A stretch of 63,289 nt of DNA, the filler included, from Hausera hauseri (taxonomy: Eukaryota), in assembly GCA_046269625.1 (NCBI GenBank). It is 10 parts of 10 records of this genome, joined end to end, with 100 filler letters (N's around TTAATTAATTAA, not from the genome) between each part and the next. Parts side by side here need not be neighbours in the genome. Positions count along the whole stretch, not along the records: positions 45,965 to 50,174 come from JBJURY010698993.1; positions 50,275 to 63,289 come from JBJURY010004457.1; 8 more parts are not named here. One strand, 5' to 3'. The translations under genes and the position numbers were made by a program. Positions 47,176 to 60,375 of this stretch are shown one piece after another (position 1 is the first letter of the stretch; each line of letters opens with the position of its first letter). Below the pieces are notes generated by a model. That model made no database searches and had not been told where the DNA came from. It saw only the letters and a list, made by a program, of their open reading frames with translations.

Positions 47176-50174
47176 ATGGGCACAGCCACCAGCAGGTGGC
47201 AAAGTATTACATTGTAAGAACGGACACGTAATTGTGTCCAAAATGCAGTATTTCAACGCAGTTCCCGTACACTGACTTTTACGAGATGCACAAGCATCAT
47301 CTGGGGCCATTTACGCGGCCCAAGAAGATGATGCTTGTGAATTGCCCCACATATCCACACTACTGTACTAGTAGAGTGCATTACGTTGATGGTTGCTATA
47401 CTGCAATGGAGCAGTACTATGGCATAACCAGAACGCTGCACAGTAAACAGGCCTATGTTTGTCCCGGATGTTGTTCTATAGTTGATGATGATGATACTCA
47501 AATCAACAATAAACAATTCTATAATTTGCACAAGAACCACCTAAACCAGTTTAAGCGGTCGAAGAAACAAATATTTATGGACAACAACAACAACAGCGAC
47601 AACAGCAGCACCACCATCCCCTCAACAACAACAACCAGTAGGAAACATCAGGCCTCAACAAGTTTTGACGACGCAATCATAAACAGTACTCATCAACAGC
47701 ATCAATAAGAAGAACAAAAGGCCAGTATTCCCAACATCACAGTCAAGTACGACCTGAACAGATCGTACGTGGACATGAAGGTAGACATGTCGGCTCATGT
47801 GCGTAACCGATTGGAAACAGAGGTGGCCAAATTCCAACAACACCACCACCACTGCAAAGTGCAATTTTATGCACTTGCAGAATTTGAAAATTTGGAAGGT
47901 GACAGGAAGCAATGGTACCTGTCACATCGAGCCATACCGTATTCCGAAGATTTTATTGCCGACGTAGGTGAGAAGCTCTAGGAAAAAATCGCCAACTACA
48001 CTGAAAAGGATAGTGGATGGCGAATTATAAAAATTGCCACTCTCGGCTTTATTGTAACAAAGTCGAGTGACATAATTTATCTGTCCAGGCGATCATTCAT
48101 ACCGTTACCTACAGCTCTGCAGCATTCATATGCAGTAATAAATGTAAAAAATACTGAAGACGAATACTGTTTTCTTTACAGTATTCTAGCAGTAATAAAA
48201 TATGACCAAATGGACAGACATAGTGCAAATCGTCCAAATCAGTATCGGCAGTACTTTTCCGAATTGGATTTCGATGAATGCTGGATGCCGATAAAACTAA
48301 AAATTATTCCGGCTTTTGAACGGCGTAATCCAACACTAGCAATAAATGTGTTGCGGCATAATAAAATAATAGAAATACCGGCAAATGAAGAAATATATAA
48401 AAACCCCCATGTGGACATAATTTATCGAAGTCGGAACGCAAGTGGACGCCCAATATATTTGTTACTGCTGGAGCAAAAAGAAAAGCTCCATTACATGGCA
48501 GTGACCAATTTAGAGCGACTGTTGAACATGGATCACAATCAGTTTGTCCAAGAGTATACAATGTAAATGGCATCTATATGTCTGCATGATTTCAGGTCAA
48601 AAACAACATGGGAGAATAATGTGATGCTGTACAAGCAGAATTCAACGGGAACAACCATGTACGTCATGCCACTCAAAAAGGAGCTAGGATTCAATGACTG
48701 GTCGAAAACGGATAGTCCGGCATATGTGGTATATGCCGATATTGAGGCAATTCTACCACGGCACAACGTGTATGATCAAAAACACGTTTTAATCGCCGTT
48801 GGTATCTTGGTTGTCCCAATAAAAGCAGTCGGTCAGCCGCATTATTACGCCTTTCACTGCTGGAACTGTGTATGTGATCTCTTGCAGCGTTTGGAAACGA
48901 TAGTGGAAACGGGAATCCAGCCGTGGTATCGCAATAATTCCACTAAACCATTGATTTAGACAGATGAATATGAACCGCTGATGTTCGCTGCGACCGATGA
49001 ATGTTACCTCTGCCACAAAATATTGCCTTTTAATACACAGAAACGGCTCGTACCGGACCATGATCAATTCACAAGTCGATACCTGGGAGCAGCATGCAAC
49101 GCATGCAATTTAGCAGGGCGTGTGTGGCCATTCCTACTGTGATCTTTCATAATTTCCGAGGTTATGATTGTCACAATATATTGAAATGGGCCATCAACGG
49201 ATTTCCGCACTGGGAACTGCCCATAATCCCAACAACAATGGAGAAGTACCTATCCCTGTCAGCACGCATAAACCGGGTCCAGGTACGCTTCCTTGATTCA
49301 TTGCAATTTCTCAATGAATCACTGGCGAAGGTGGTAAATGCCTTGCCGGATGTGCCAATTACCTCAACTCAGTTCCCTACACATTGCACATAGCAAAGGC
49401 ATAATCCCATATGACTTTGCTGTGTCGTACGAGCGGTTTCAGACAACAGATGAATTGCTGCCACAATGGCCCGGTATCACAGAAGATGAATATCACAAAG
49501 CACAAGAAGCGTGGACAGAGCTCGGCTGAAGAAACATGTTGGAGTACATGCTCCAGTACCTGAAACTGGACGTGTACTTGTTAGCCGATGTGTTTCAGAC
49601 ATTTCGTGCAAAAGCGTTGGTGGAAGATAGGCTGGAGCCACTAAATTTTTACTCCATACCGGGAATGAGTTGGGTATCGGCACTAATGTCGCTGGACAGG
49701 GAAATTGAGCTGTTGCAAGACCGGGAAATGTACCGACTATTTGATGTTGGTATTTGTGGCGGCATGACATTTGTCAACATCACGTAACAGGTGATGACGA
49801 TGATACAACGTCAATGTTGTACATCGATATTAATAACGTACGTCTGGGCGCTTTCACAACCCTTGCCGTACGGTTCATTCGAATGGATAGTCTACAAACA
49901 GGACCTGGACACAATGCTGGAAAATCTGTCGAGGACGCCAGACACGACAAGAGCAGAAAACAGCTCAATCGGATACCTGATGGAGGTCGATCTCCTGGTA
50001 CCAGATGAGCTGCATGACTTTCTGGATGAACTGCCGGTCGCACCAATTAGCCAATGTCCGCCCGGCGGCTCAAAATTAAAGAAGCTGCTCATGACACGAA
50101 CCCAAATCAAATTACGTGGTTCATTGGCGTCTACTGCAGTTTTACATGCAGCTCGGTGTACGCGTCACACAGCT
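47176..50174 (+). mobile_element. Second decayed protein-primed polB polyprotein (zinc-finger-like repeats, terminal-protein/OTU-like region, exonuclease, polymerase), 3'-truncated by contig end
   Basis: SGW, VINVKN..DEYCFLYSILA, FERRNP.LAINV, HY.A..NL.RLL, YVVYADIE, CYLC..DHD.....LG.ACNACN, FHNFRGYD.H, FLDSLQFL, YLKLDVYLLADVF..FR, YIDINN..WALSQPLP. Confidence 0.92.
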
Positions 50175-50924
50175 NNNNNNNNNNNNNNNNNNNNNNNNNN
50201 NNNNNNNNNNNNNNNNNNTTAATTAATTAANNNNNNNNNNNNNNNNNNNNNNNNNNNNNNNNNNNNNNNNNNNNCAGGTAAATCTCGTACTTAGACATTA
50301 TATGAATTTTGAAGCAACGAAAGAACATTATTCGGATGATAAGTTTAAAAAAAATGAAATTTCTTTTACATCAAATTTTGACGGGTGAGGTTATAATGAA
50401 TAAGTACCCGAAAAGGCCGACATTAAATACAAATTTTAAGAAATCTCAGAAAAACCTTTCGTCTATATTTCAGTTTTATTTAAATAGATTTTACGAACTT
50501 TAATAGTCTTTAATAAATTCCTTTAAGCAAACGACGCCAAAATAAAGAAAAAATGTTAAAAATACATATTGGAAAATATTTGTTGTATTTATTCATGAAA
50601 ATTCTGTTACTATATGAATATTATAAAATTATTTAATTATTATTATTGGATAGAAATACGGTGGTATGGGGTATCCCTAGACTTAAACACAATGCAGTTT
50701 TGATTTATAATATCACGACTGGTGTTTTATAATATCTGGACAAAACAACAGGGATAATATAAAGATAAATGGTTTATTACTGATTAAGTTATCAGTATTT
50801 CCATTTCTATATTTAAAAATTGCTTGTTAATATTTCAATTAAAAAATAGGTAGAGGTCGATTTAAGAAAATCATTTCTAATCCAGCTGCTCATTATGTAC
50901 TTAGATATTCTTCAAAACGTTTCT

Positions 50925-51713
50925 TCAAATGTGGACAACCTCTGACGGTTTTCGAACTCGAGCCTTATGACCCAGCATATCACGAACCCAGTTGTCCCAT
51001 GGGACAATGATCTGTTTCGGGGGTACTAAAATCCGTGGATGTTTCGACGCATCCTTCGGATACCATATCAGCGACTGGGCAGCATTGCAATGCGGTGGGC
51101 TTGCTGCTGCTGATGGCAGTTTGGATATTTTTTCGGGATCGATAATAATAATATTGTTATCCTGAATATCGTAAATACGCCTCACCCGTTCACCAAGTGG
51201 CATGTAGGGATCAACGGATATCAACAAATCATACACCCATCGAATTTTTTTGAGAATTGTCAATTCTTCCTTGGCAACACCTTTTTTACCATGTTTTATT
51301 GCCAGCAGCCAAATCAGAAATTTTTGATGTCGACTGATTTCGGTCAAGTGCACTCCACCGGAATACGGTAGTTCCCAAACGACTGAAGGGTGAAAGTAGT
51401 CTTTGATTTGCAAACTAAACGTCATCTGTTTGACAGCACCCTTTTTGATCGTGTACAGACTTTGATTGATGCTGTAGAATGGATACTGCCGTCCATCGCT
51501 ATCGTTGATCATCTTTCTTAAACCACTTTTTAATGGATGAAATTCCCAGAGTGATTTACCACAGTCGTTGTAGTTATTGGCCAGATGCATCATGTCGCAT
51601 GCTTGAACCAAACCTACTGTCCAGTCGCGTTCCGTTAAACAAGCCGGCACTTCAATATCGCAATGACAGTAGAACGTTTGGTTCTTTTAGAATAACATAC
51701 CGGCCGTTTCTTT
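50925..51713 (-). CDS. FAM78: FAM78 family protein (5' end obscured by an N gap)
   Basis: W.VG.VQAC..M...N.Y...G.S.WE, INDSDG..YPFY, D.F.PSV.W..P, L..I.R.Q.F..WL.A, I.VDP..PLG.R, P.CN.AQ.LIW.P. Confidence 0.9.
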
Positions 51714-52108
51714 NNNNNNNNNNGTTTGGGTTGAGTCATCGTAGAATGCTTTTATAGACTTTATTCTTAATTTATCTATGGTAAGCTTCGTCATTTGACT
51801 CCGGTTAAAAACGAAAGTTAGTTGTATTATTAATCCTATGGTAAATATCAAAGAAGGTAATTATTTTAATAAGTATTTCATCTCCATTGAATTTTATAGA
51901 TTAATATCGTTTGTATTAATTATTAAAATACACGAAATAGATGTAATGTTTTTGACCAGTATTTTTATCATTAAAAATTCTGGATTTTAATGATGTGGTA
52001 AGTTTACTTCTTACAACGATCCTAAATAAGAAATATGTTTCAATATTGGTGTTTAACATGTTTCTATTATTTAACATTGAAATTGTTGGGTTTTTGTGTA
52101 TTACGTAC

Positions 52109-52298
52109 TCAACTGACATAACTACTGAGTCATGAAGTCATGTGTTCTGAAATTTAAATTAATCGGTACTGAAATCGAACTTAACTAAAGTTGCAATCAC
52201 ACATAATAATGTGCAGTTGTGTGTCACTGACAATTAGAATAAAGACTTGTTCTCGTGTAATGCACGTGACTGTATGACTCAGTTGTTATGTTAGTTGA
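52109..52298. mobile_element. MITE-like element with 36-bp imperfect terminal inverted repeats
   Basis: TCAACTGACATAACTACTGAGTCATGAAGTCATGTG (52109-52144) versus the reverse complement of 52263-52298; about 5 mismatches. Confidence 0.6.
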
Positions 52299-52780
52299 TC
52301 GTCGAACGATTTTTGGTCATATGAAGTAAAAAAAACTTTTATGCTTCGTTACAAAAATTCGTTTTACAGTAGTAAAACTTTATTCCAATTAATAATAATA
52401 AGAATAAATGTAAACAGCATAGTCAATAGTCAACTAATATTCAATTGTTAACGTCTAGTTGATAGTATGCCGAACAAAAAGTTATCCATTTAATAATTGA
52501 TCATCAATTATTAATTTTTAGCATTGGGAAAACATGAAGGATACAATCCCATAATAAATTTCTCTTTGCGTAAAGTTTGAATTAACTTTTTGTTATAAGT
52601 TCACACTGTACCATTTTTATAGGTTTTCCAGAATGGGTTGAAGATGAAACTTTTCATTCAAGTTAAAAGACATAAATGGTGAAAACTAAAACGTATATTT
52701 TTACTACATGCAAAATAAAACTTTAACGAAATCATCTCTTGAAACTATTTGAAAATCCTAATTCAGTAGTTCATTCGTAT

Positions 52781-55700
52781 TTAATTGTCGGAATCCAAAA
52801 CCGATTTTCTCGACGAACGTCCTCTTTGTGATGATGGAGTACGGGACTGGGATCGAGTAGGAGGAAACAAGTTCGCCGTCGATGCCGATGTACGATTTTT
52901 TGCTCGAAGTTTCTGCAAAGCCTGTTCGGATTCGTTAGCTCTTTCTTCGGCGTCTTCCAATTCTGACTGAACCTTTTTATATTTGGCCAAATTCGTTGCC
53001 GCTATCTCTTCGGAATCTTCCAATTGGGATTTGTAGACTTTAACTTGTGCCTGAAGTTTCTCGATCAGTTGATTGGCTTTCGATTGTTGGGATTTGTCTT
53101 CTTCAGACTAAAAATACATTTGGGTTAGAATCAGAATTGTGACGAAGTAAAACGTTACCTGTAGCATCATGTCTTTCAGTCGTTTTTCAACTTTCTTTAT
53201 GTTCTTTTGGGCGTCAGAATATCGTTTTTGTTCTGATTCCAGATTTCCTTCTGCTTCTCGAAGTTTATCTTCTAATTTCAACAAAGCTCGTTTGCCTCCG
53301 GCAATAATATTGTTTTCGGCTTCGTCCAATTTCGTCTGTAAGTCTTTGATCTGAATTTCCATTTGTCGTTTGGCCTTATCAAGACGTAATGAATGTTCCT
53401 GTTCTCGGTGAAGTTGTTCTGTAGTCTGAGCTACATCGCACGTGAGTCGTTTGATTTCATCGACAGATTGACGAGTTTGGTTCGTCATTTCGTCGAGATC
53501 GGACTGAAACGAGAAACATTTAGAAATTTTTATTGCCGGAGTGTTTTACCTGCATGGCAGAAACATCGGCTTCCAGCTTTCGTTTTGTACTTTGAAGAGT
53601 GCTTATCATAGTTTGGTTTTCACTTATTTTGTCAAGTGCATCTTGTCTTTCGGATTCAGCGCTTCTCTTTAATCGGTCAGCCTGTTCCAGTTTCATACGG
53701 ACGTCTTCCAATTCAGCATTTGCAGAGAGGAATCGTTTTTCGGCAGATTGAAGATTTTCCTTGGCATCGTTCTTAGCATGTTGTTCTTGTTCGAACTAAA
53801 GCAAATTAAAGTCCGATGTTCAAATCTCGGTTGTACCTGTGATTGAATTTCGGCTATTTGCTGTTGCAATTTGGAATTGGTCTTTTCAATATCCATTTTC
53901 AATCGTTCAGCTTGATCGAGTTGAGCTTCAAATTCGCTGATTTCTTGTTCGAGCTTCTTCTTGGCTTTTCCGGCATCTTGCCGGCCTTTTATTTCGGCTT
54001 CTAATGATGCCTGCATAGACTCAATTGCTCTCTGGTAGTTTCTACGGGTTCCTTCGAATTCTTCTTCTTTATCAGCTAATCGTCTTTCGACCTCAGTTTT
54101 CATCTGCGGTTGGTGATTAAACTTTATGTTATGTTTATTGAAAATCTTACCGAACTGATTTCTAATTGTGCTCGTTGAGCTTTGCTCTGTTCGTTTTCTA
54201 TGATAGATTCAGCGTCATCAAGAGCACGTTCCAGTTCTTCCTTTTCCGATTCCAATCGACGTTTAATTTTCTCCACTTCATGAACGGACTTTCCTCCGTC
54301 GCTGAGTTGCTCAGTCAACTCGTGGATCTCATCTGGATGAATGGAAGTACACTTGAAGACAAATGCATATATTTACCGTTCAAATTTTTGTTCTCCTTCT
54401 TTAAATTTTCTATTTGCAACAGCAGTTCCTCGTGAGCCGATTTTGCTTTGAATACCTCTGCGGAAAGTGATCTAGATTCCTGATTAGCACTGTCAACATC
54501 CGACTGAAGTGCAGAACATTTCGTCTGCCATTCGCTGATTGTTTTGTCAAAGTTCTTCTGTTTCTTTTCCAGTTGATTAGCCTAGTGAAAGATTTCTAAA
54601 TAAGTAAAAATATAGCATTACCAAAGCATTTGCTCGATCAACATCAACACTCATGTCTTCCATCTCTCCAGATAATCGAACTTTGATCTTCTCCAACTGA
54701 CTACACTTCGTACGAAGGGTGTCAATTTCGTCTTCGGCCTGTTGCAATTTTGACTGGAGTTTTCGTCGAGTCTCGTCATCCATACCCGCCGAACTTGCCA
54801 CTGGACGATTCTTTGCTTCGTTCAGTTCCGATTGAACTTTGGATAGTTGTTTTTGAATGACATTTTTAGCTTCGGTTTCTTCGTCCAAATTGTCTCTCAG
54901 ACCGTCAAGTTCCTCGTTAAGGTTTCGAATTTCATTGATCATTTTCAATTTAGCTCGTTCTTCATCATCCATCTGTGACTGGATGTCTTTCAGTTGTTGT
55001 TCCAATTGCTGTTTGGATTTGGTCAGTTGACTGATTTGGGTTTCGGCATTTTCGAATTGCTGTTGATAACTTGTTGATGATTGTGACGATTTCGTTGCTT
55101 TGCTCGTTACGTCGTTCAGTTGTCGAGTTTGTTCTTCAAATTTCGATTGTACATCGGCCAGTTGAGACTCTAATGTTTTGCATTGCTTATCGACATTGAC
55201 TTTCTGTTTGGAGAGGGTGTTCAATTGATCGATTACGTCATTGAGTTCATTTTTCAATTGATCCTTTTCCTTTTCAACCCTGAATTAATCAACACATAAT
55301 TTGAGTATTAAATTAATGAGTCTATTACTTTAATTTGGTTTTCATCAACTGGTCTAACTGATTATTCAATTGATTTTCATTGTCTTGGGACTTCTGTTTC
55401 AGTGACGTAAGGGTTTGTTGATGTTGGTTGGTAACGTTCTCTAATTCTTGTTTCAATTTCTGGAGTTCGGTTTCTCTCTTTCTGGTTAACTCCACCTGGA
55501 CACCAGTAGCTCCGCTTTGTTCATCTAATTTCTCTGCCAGTTCGTCCAATTCGCTTTCAGCTAACTTTCGGGCTTTCTCGCTTTTTGATTTAGCTTGTCT
55601 TTCGTTTTCTAGCTCCTCTTCCAGCTCTTGTACTTGAGTCTAAAATACCGTACTAAAACTAAACCAATCAGGTTATCTTTACCTGTAGTTCTTTGATTTT

Positions 55701-58700
55701 CTTCTGCAATTGGGAAATGGTTGATGAGTCACTTTCTATTTTTAAATTCAGATTGGCGAGCTCGCTATCTTTTCGACGAATGTTATCTTCTAATGATTGC
55801 TTGATACTTTCCAATTCCGAAACGTTGTCCTGTGTTGCTTTCAAATCAGTTTCGAGTTTACGTTTGGATTTCTCGACATCTGAACGAACTTTGCGTTCGC
55901 GTTCTAGATTGTCTTCGAGCTGAAGAAAATATACTGAACAATAAGAATAATAAATGGTTTAACCTCATCGAGTTGACTTTCGAGTTTTATTCGGAGTTTA
56001 TCGAGCTGACTGGCCTTTGCTTCTTGTTTGCTCAAGTCTTCTTGACATTGGTTCAGGGTATCTTCTACGGATTTCTTATCTCTGTTGACCTTATTGAGAG
56101 TTTCTTCTTGCATCTGAATTTCTTCTTTCAAGCGTGTTATTTGTTGATCTCTAGCAGCACACTCTTGCTCAGACTTTTGTAACGATAGTTCTAGCTCATC
56201 GAGATCGGACTTCAAATCCTCAATTTCTTCTTTGAGTTTTTTCTTATCGGCTTCGAGTTCATCCTGAATATCTTCCGATTCGATTAATTGATCTTCCAAA
56301 TCTTTCAGTTGATTTTCCATGTCAGCTTTCTGATTAACGAGTTTTTGGATTTTCTCTTCAGCATCGCTGAGATTATCCTGCTCGGTTTGCAATTGAAGGA
56401 AAAGATCGTTTTTCTGTTCCAACAGAACAACGTTTTGTTCTTCAATTTCCTTCTTTGTCTTCTCGAGTTTGCCGAATTCCTCTTTCAATGTTGCCAATTC
56501 TTCTACTGCTTTTTTCATTTCTTCCTCCTGACGAGCAATATTGAGCATAGGCTTCACCTTAATGTACAGTTTCCACCAGCCCCATGTTTTCAGCAGCAAA
56601 TATTTTCGAATGTTTCTTTGAATCAAAGATAATGCAACTCTAAAATGAAATTAGGAAACGAAAAGAAAAGTATCAACAGGTACCTTTGGTCCTGTAATTT
56701 CTTGTACGCAATTCTCATTAAATATCCTCTGATTTGAGCCTGGAAAAATGAGATTATGGCTGATAGTTTCTCATCTCTCATGTCCTCAAGTTGGGCCAAC
56801 ACACCAGCTTTGAAAAAGACTTTCGTGGAGCCCAATTTGTAGGAGTTCGTGTCCAATTGAATGGCTTCTAATATTTTGGATGTGCATTGTTTTCCATCAA
56901 TAAATCCATCGCCGATTACATCAGCGGCCAAAATGGAATATCTGTCATAACGCTGAGTCATAAATATTGAAAATTATTAAGTCACCTCTGCTTGAATTCC
57001 GAATAAATCAGCCTATTCGGAAATCCCTTTCGACAGATTCGGATACCTTCCAACACACCGTTACAGTGGAGCTGGTGCAGAACCAGTTTAGAATCGATAA
57101 GGCCAGCCTTCTTCTGTTCATTGGGAATGATACATCTGATAAAGTGAGGAGATGTACTCTGCAGATTCTTCATCAGTTTGTTCAATGATTCCTACATTTC
57201 AACATTATCAGAAACTACTCATGATCAACATCTCCTTACTCTGTGGACATAAGACACAGTTAAGAAGGATCCACCCTTTTTCTTTTTGCCATCATCTTCA
57301 ATTGGAGCGAAAAATTGAGCGACAAGTGGTTCTTTACTGGCTTCAAGGGTCAATATAACACTGTCGTTGAGTGGATCTTTATTTTTAACAAGCCAGCCAG
57401 TTGTTGTGTAGCCCACACTTCCAGCATAATGGTGGAGTTCAAAATTACCAGATGATGTGTTTGGTTTGGGTTTACTGAAATTCGGACTCTTGCCTAGATG
57501 GTTTTCGTACAGTTTAGCAATGAATGTGTCGTCAGTGGCCTTCGGGAACATGCACTCTTCTTCCAGAATTGACAAAATACCCATCGGCTGGATAATTTTG
57601 AAAATTAAATTTAATTATAACAAAAGAGAGATACCTTTTCAATCAAATCAATACAGGCTTGAAGATCAAGACCGAAATCGATAAATTCCCATTCGATGTT
57701 CTCTTTCCTGTACTCCTCTTGTTCCAGCACAAACATGTGATGATTGAAGAACTGCTGTAGCCGTTCATTCGTATAGTTGATGCACAGCTGCTCGAATCCG
57801 TTGTACTCGAATATTTCAAAACCGGCAATATCCAACACACCGATAAAACATTGTCGTTTAACTTTAGTGTCCAACGTTTTGTTAACTCTATTCACCAGCC
57901 ACGTGAACATACGACTATAGAGAGATTTCGCAAGAGCTCCTTGGGAAAACACAACCTATAGGATAACATTATGCAATCATGGGTATGTGTATGTGTTGTT
58001 AATAGTTGTTTGCATTGCGTAATATAGTTTCATGTATTTTATTTACCTGATCTTTAGTTTGGCCTTTTGTCACGTACTCGTTGCCGACTTTCACTCTGGG
58101 TTTAAGGAATGCCTGCAACAAATCTTTGGCATTGACACCCAACAAAAATGCCGTTTTCTCGGCTTCGGTAGTTCCGTCAGCTTCTGCCTGTTCTTCTCTC
58201 GGTCTCTGTTTGAATTTCATTTCTCCCATGTTCATGATGGCCGTCGTACATTTGAACAGTCCCATCTTTTCTTCTGCTGTGAATCCCAACACATCAAATG
58301 CTTCCTAATTTGCCGATTAAATCTCGTTCTCCATCATTAAATACAAACATCAGTGATGCTAAATTCCTGACCGTCGTCGACATCATCAATAGTCAGTTCT
58401 CCCTGATTGATGAAGGAATAATTGGATGGATTGGGGTCAATAAGTAATTTTTCGTGGAGATGTTTGGCCTTGTCAGACAAAATTTGATAGAAAATGTGAT
58501 AGTTTCTCTCCCCGCATTGTTGGGAAACGACTCGTGATTTTTCTAACAAGTCTGTAAACAACACAATAATTCATTTGAAATTCCGAATAGTAACAAACAA
58601 TATTCGATGTCAGCTCCAGCAATTTTCCCACTGTTTCCGAAATGAATTCTGATGAATTTGCCCTAGAAAATTGATTATATAAACTCCACGGAACATAACG

Positions 58701-59652
58701 ATTCTCTTACAAATCGAGATGAGTTGTTGTTTCTCTTCGTTTTGGCGTTACCGTATGCTTCCAGAACTGGATTCGCTTGAACGATTTGATCTTCCAGAGA
58801 CACCTACGAATTGAAACTTTATTATTTCGTCTGACATTATTCAATTCTTCTACCTTCGACTCCTCTTTGCTCGATGCTGCGACTTGGGCAAAATATGAAA
58901 TGACTTTCTTCGTATTTTCTGTTTTACCAGCACCACTCTCTCCACTGAACAAGGAAATTAAGTGTAAAATACAAATCAATATTCAATGTTACGTGATCAA
59001 AATTGATTGATTCTCCCTTTCTATAAATTAACAATGAATCAATATTTATCAAAGCAAATCAAAGCAAACCTCGAAGCATATTATTGTACGCATTGTCTGA
59101 TACTGAAAATACGTGAGGGGGCATTTCCGTTTTCCTTTTGCCTTTGTACTTCAATACGACGCTGTTCGTGTAAATTGGAATTCTCTTGTAAGGATTAATG
59201 GCCACGCAGAAAAGTCCGGAGTAAGTCTAAATATTTTACATAATACAAATAGCAATCGTCATTCAATGTTACATAGATGAGGTCTCGATAGTAACGACTT
59301 TTCAAATTGTGAAGTACACTAGCATCGTTCAGGAACGTCAAATTGGCCATGTCTTCGATCATTTCGAATTTCGGTGGGTTCATTTGCTGGATGTCGCTCT
59401 CGTTCACTTCTCGGAACTGAAGAGGAATTCAAAATAAACTATTTCTAACGACCATTCATTTCTTACCTCTCCATCCTTGGTTTTCACTTTGATTTTATCG
59501 CCTGTTGATACGATTTCAGCAGCAACGAATGATTCTTTCTCGTCCGGAACCCAGCAATTTTTCTTACTATCGAATTCACCGCTGTCGATGTTCTTCAACA
59601 ATTCATTTCGATCGACAGCCAAGTATTGCATATCATTATCACCACCTTCCAT
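52781..59652 (-). CDS. Mhc: Muscle myosin II heavy chain, multi-exon, apparently complete
   Basis: NPPKF...[75 protein letters not shown] motifs, WWKLY.KVKP.L and a long coiled coil. GT-AG introns are mostly 40-60 nt (e.g. 59466-59417). Confidence 0.97.
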
Positions 59653-59827
59653 TTTAAGAATAATTTAATATCAAGATATTATGAGAAGCGAATGAATTCT
59701 CAAGGTAACTTCATCATTTATAGAAAGTAATTCGGTGGGTGTAAATACATACGACGTTTGTTTCCCTATTTACCAATGTATGCCTAATTTTAGTATAAAC
59801 AATTAACATTAGTATAGTTCCAATTCG

Positions 59828-60375
59828 TGATATTTTATGACACACAAATAAATAAAATTTGGCAATTTATCAGTTGGAAATTGACAAATAATTCAATGAA
59901 TAGAATAATTTTCGTAAAGATATTATAATTAGTATTATCGATAATTTAATATACTGCTACTTAGTCTTAAAATAGTTCATTTAATTGTAAGAGTCATTAG
60001 TCTATTGATTTTGTTTTCAAATTTGTTAAGAAAATTTTATGCAACATTCTGTCCGTGTCAAATGAACTTTTGTCTGTTAACGAATACTTCCGACAAAGAA
60101 GGGATTGTGTGATATTTTGTGACACAAATAATTTTTGACAGTTTATCAATTGAAACAGAAATAATTAAATGATGTATAAAGGAATTATAAATAGTATTGT
60201 GGATAATTTATTATACGTAAGGTAATTGCATGAATCATTAGCCTATTGATTTTTTAAAATTCGTTAAGCACATTTAATGCTATTTTCAGTACGTAAATGG
60301 AAACGATGAGTAATCGTCTAATTTCGTATCCGTATTTCAAATTTTCAGTCATGTTACGATAAAGAAGGAAGTATC
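59828..60375. repeat. Degenerate tandem duplication (two units of about 270-280 bp) upstream of myosin
   Basis: GTGATATTTT(A/G)TGACAC...AGTATT...GATAATTTA...TCATTAG.CTATTGATTTT...CGA.AAAGAAGG starting at 59828 and at 60109. Confidence 0.7.

Noticed and set aside
13330-50174. One coordinated ubiquitin system spanning the RING gene, OTU-like polB domain, possible Ulp1 remnant and UBL-Gags
   Set aside because: The elements are unrelated and on separate contigs, and OTU-like and Ulp1 domains are already known in those families. Nothing here shows interaction.
51655-51723. In-frame TAA near the FAM78 5' end suggesting a pseudogene or recoding
   Set aside because: It lies beside an N gap, and removing one A from an A-run restores the frame. 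The remaining 240 codons are intact, so a sequence error or a splice boundary is more likely.
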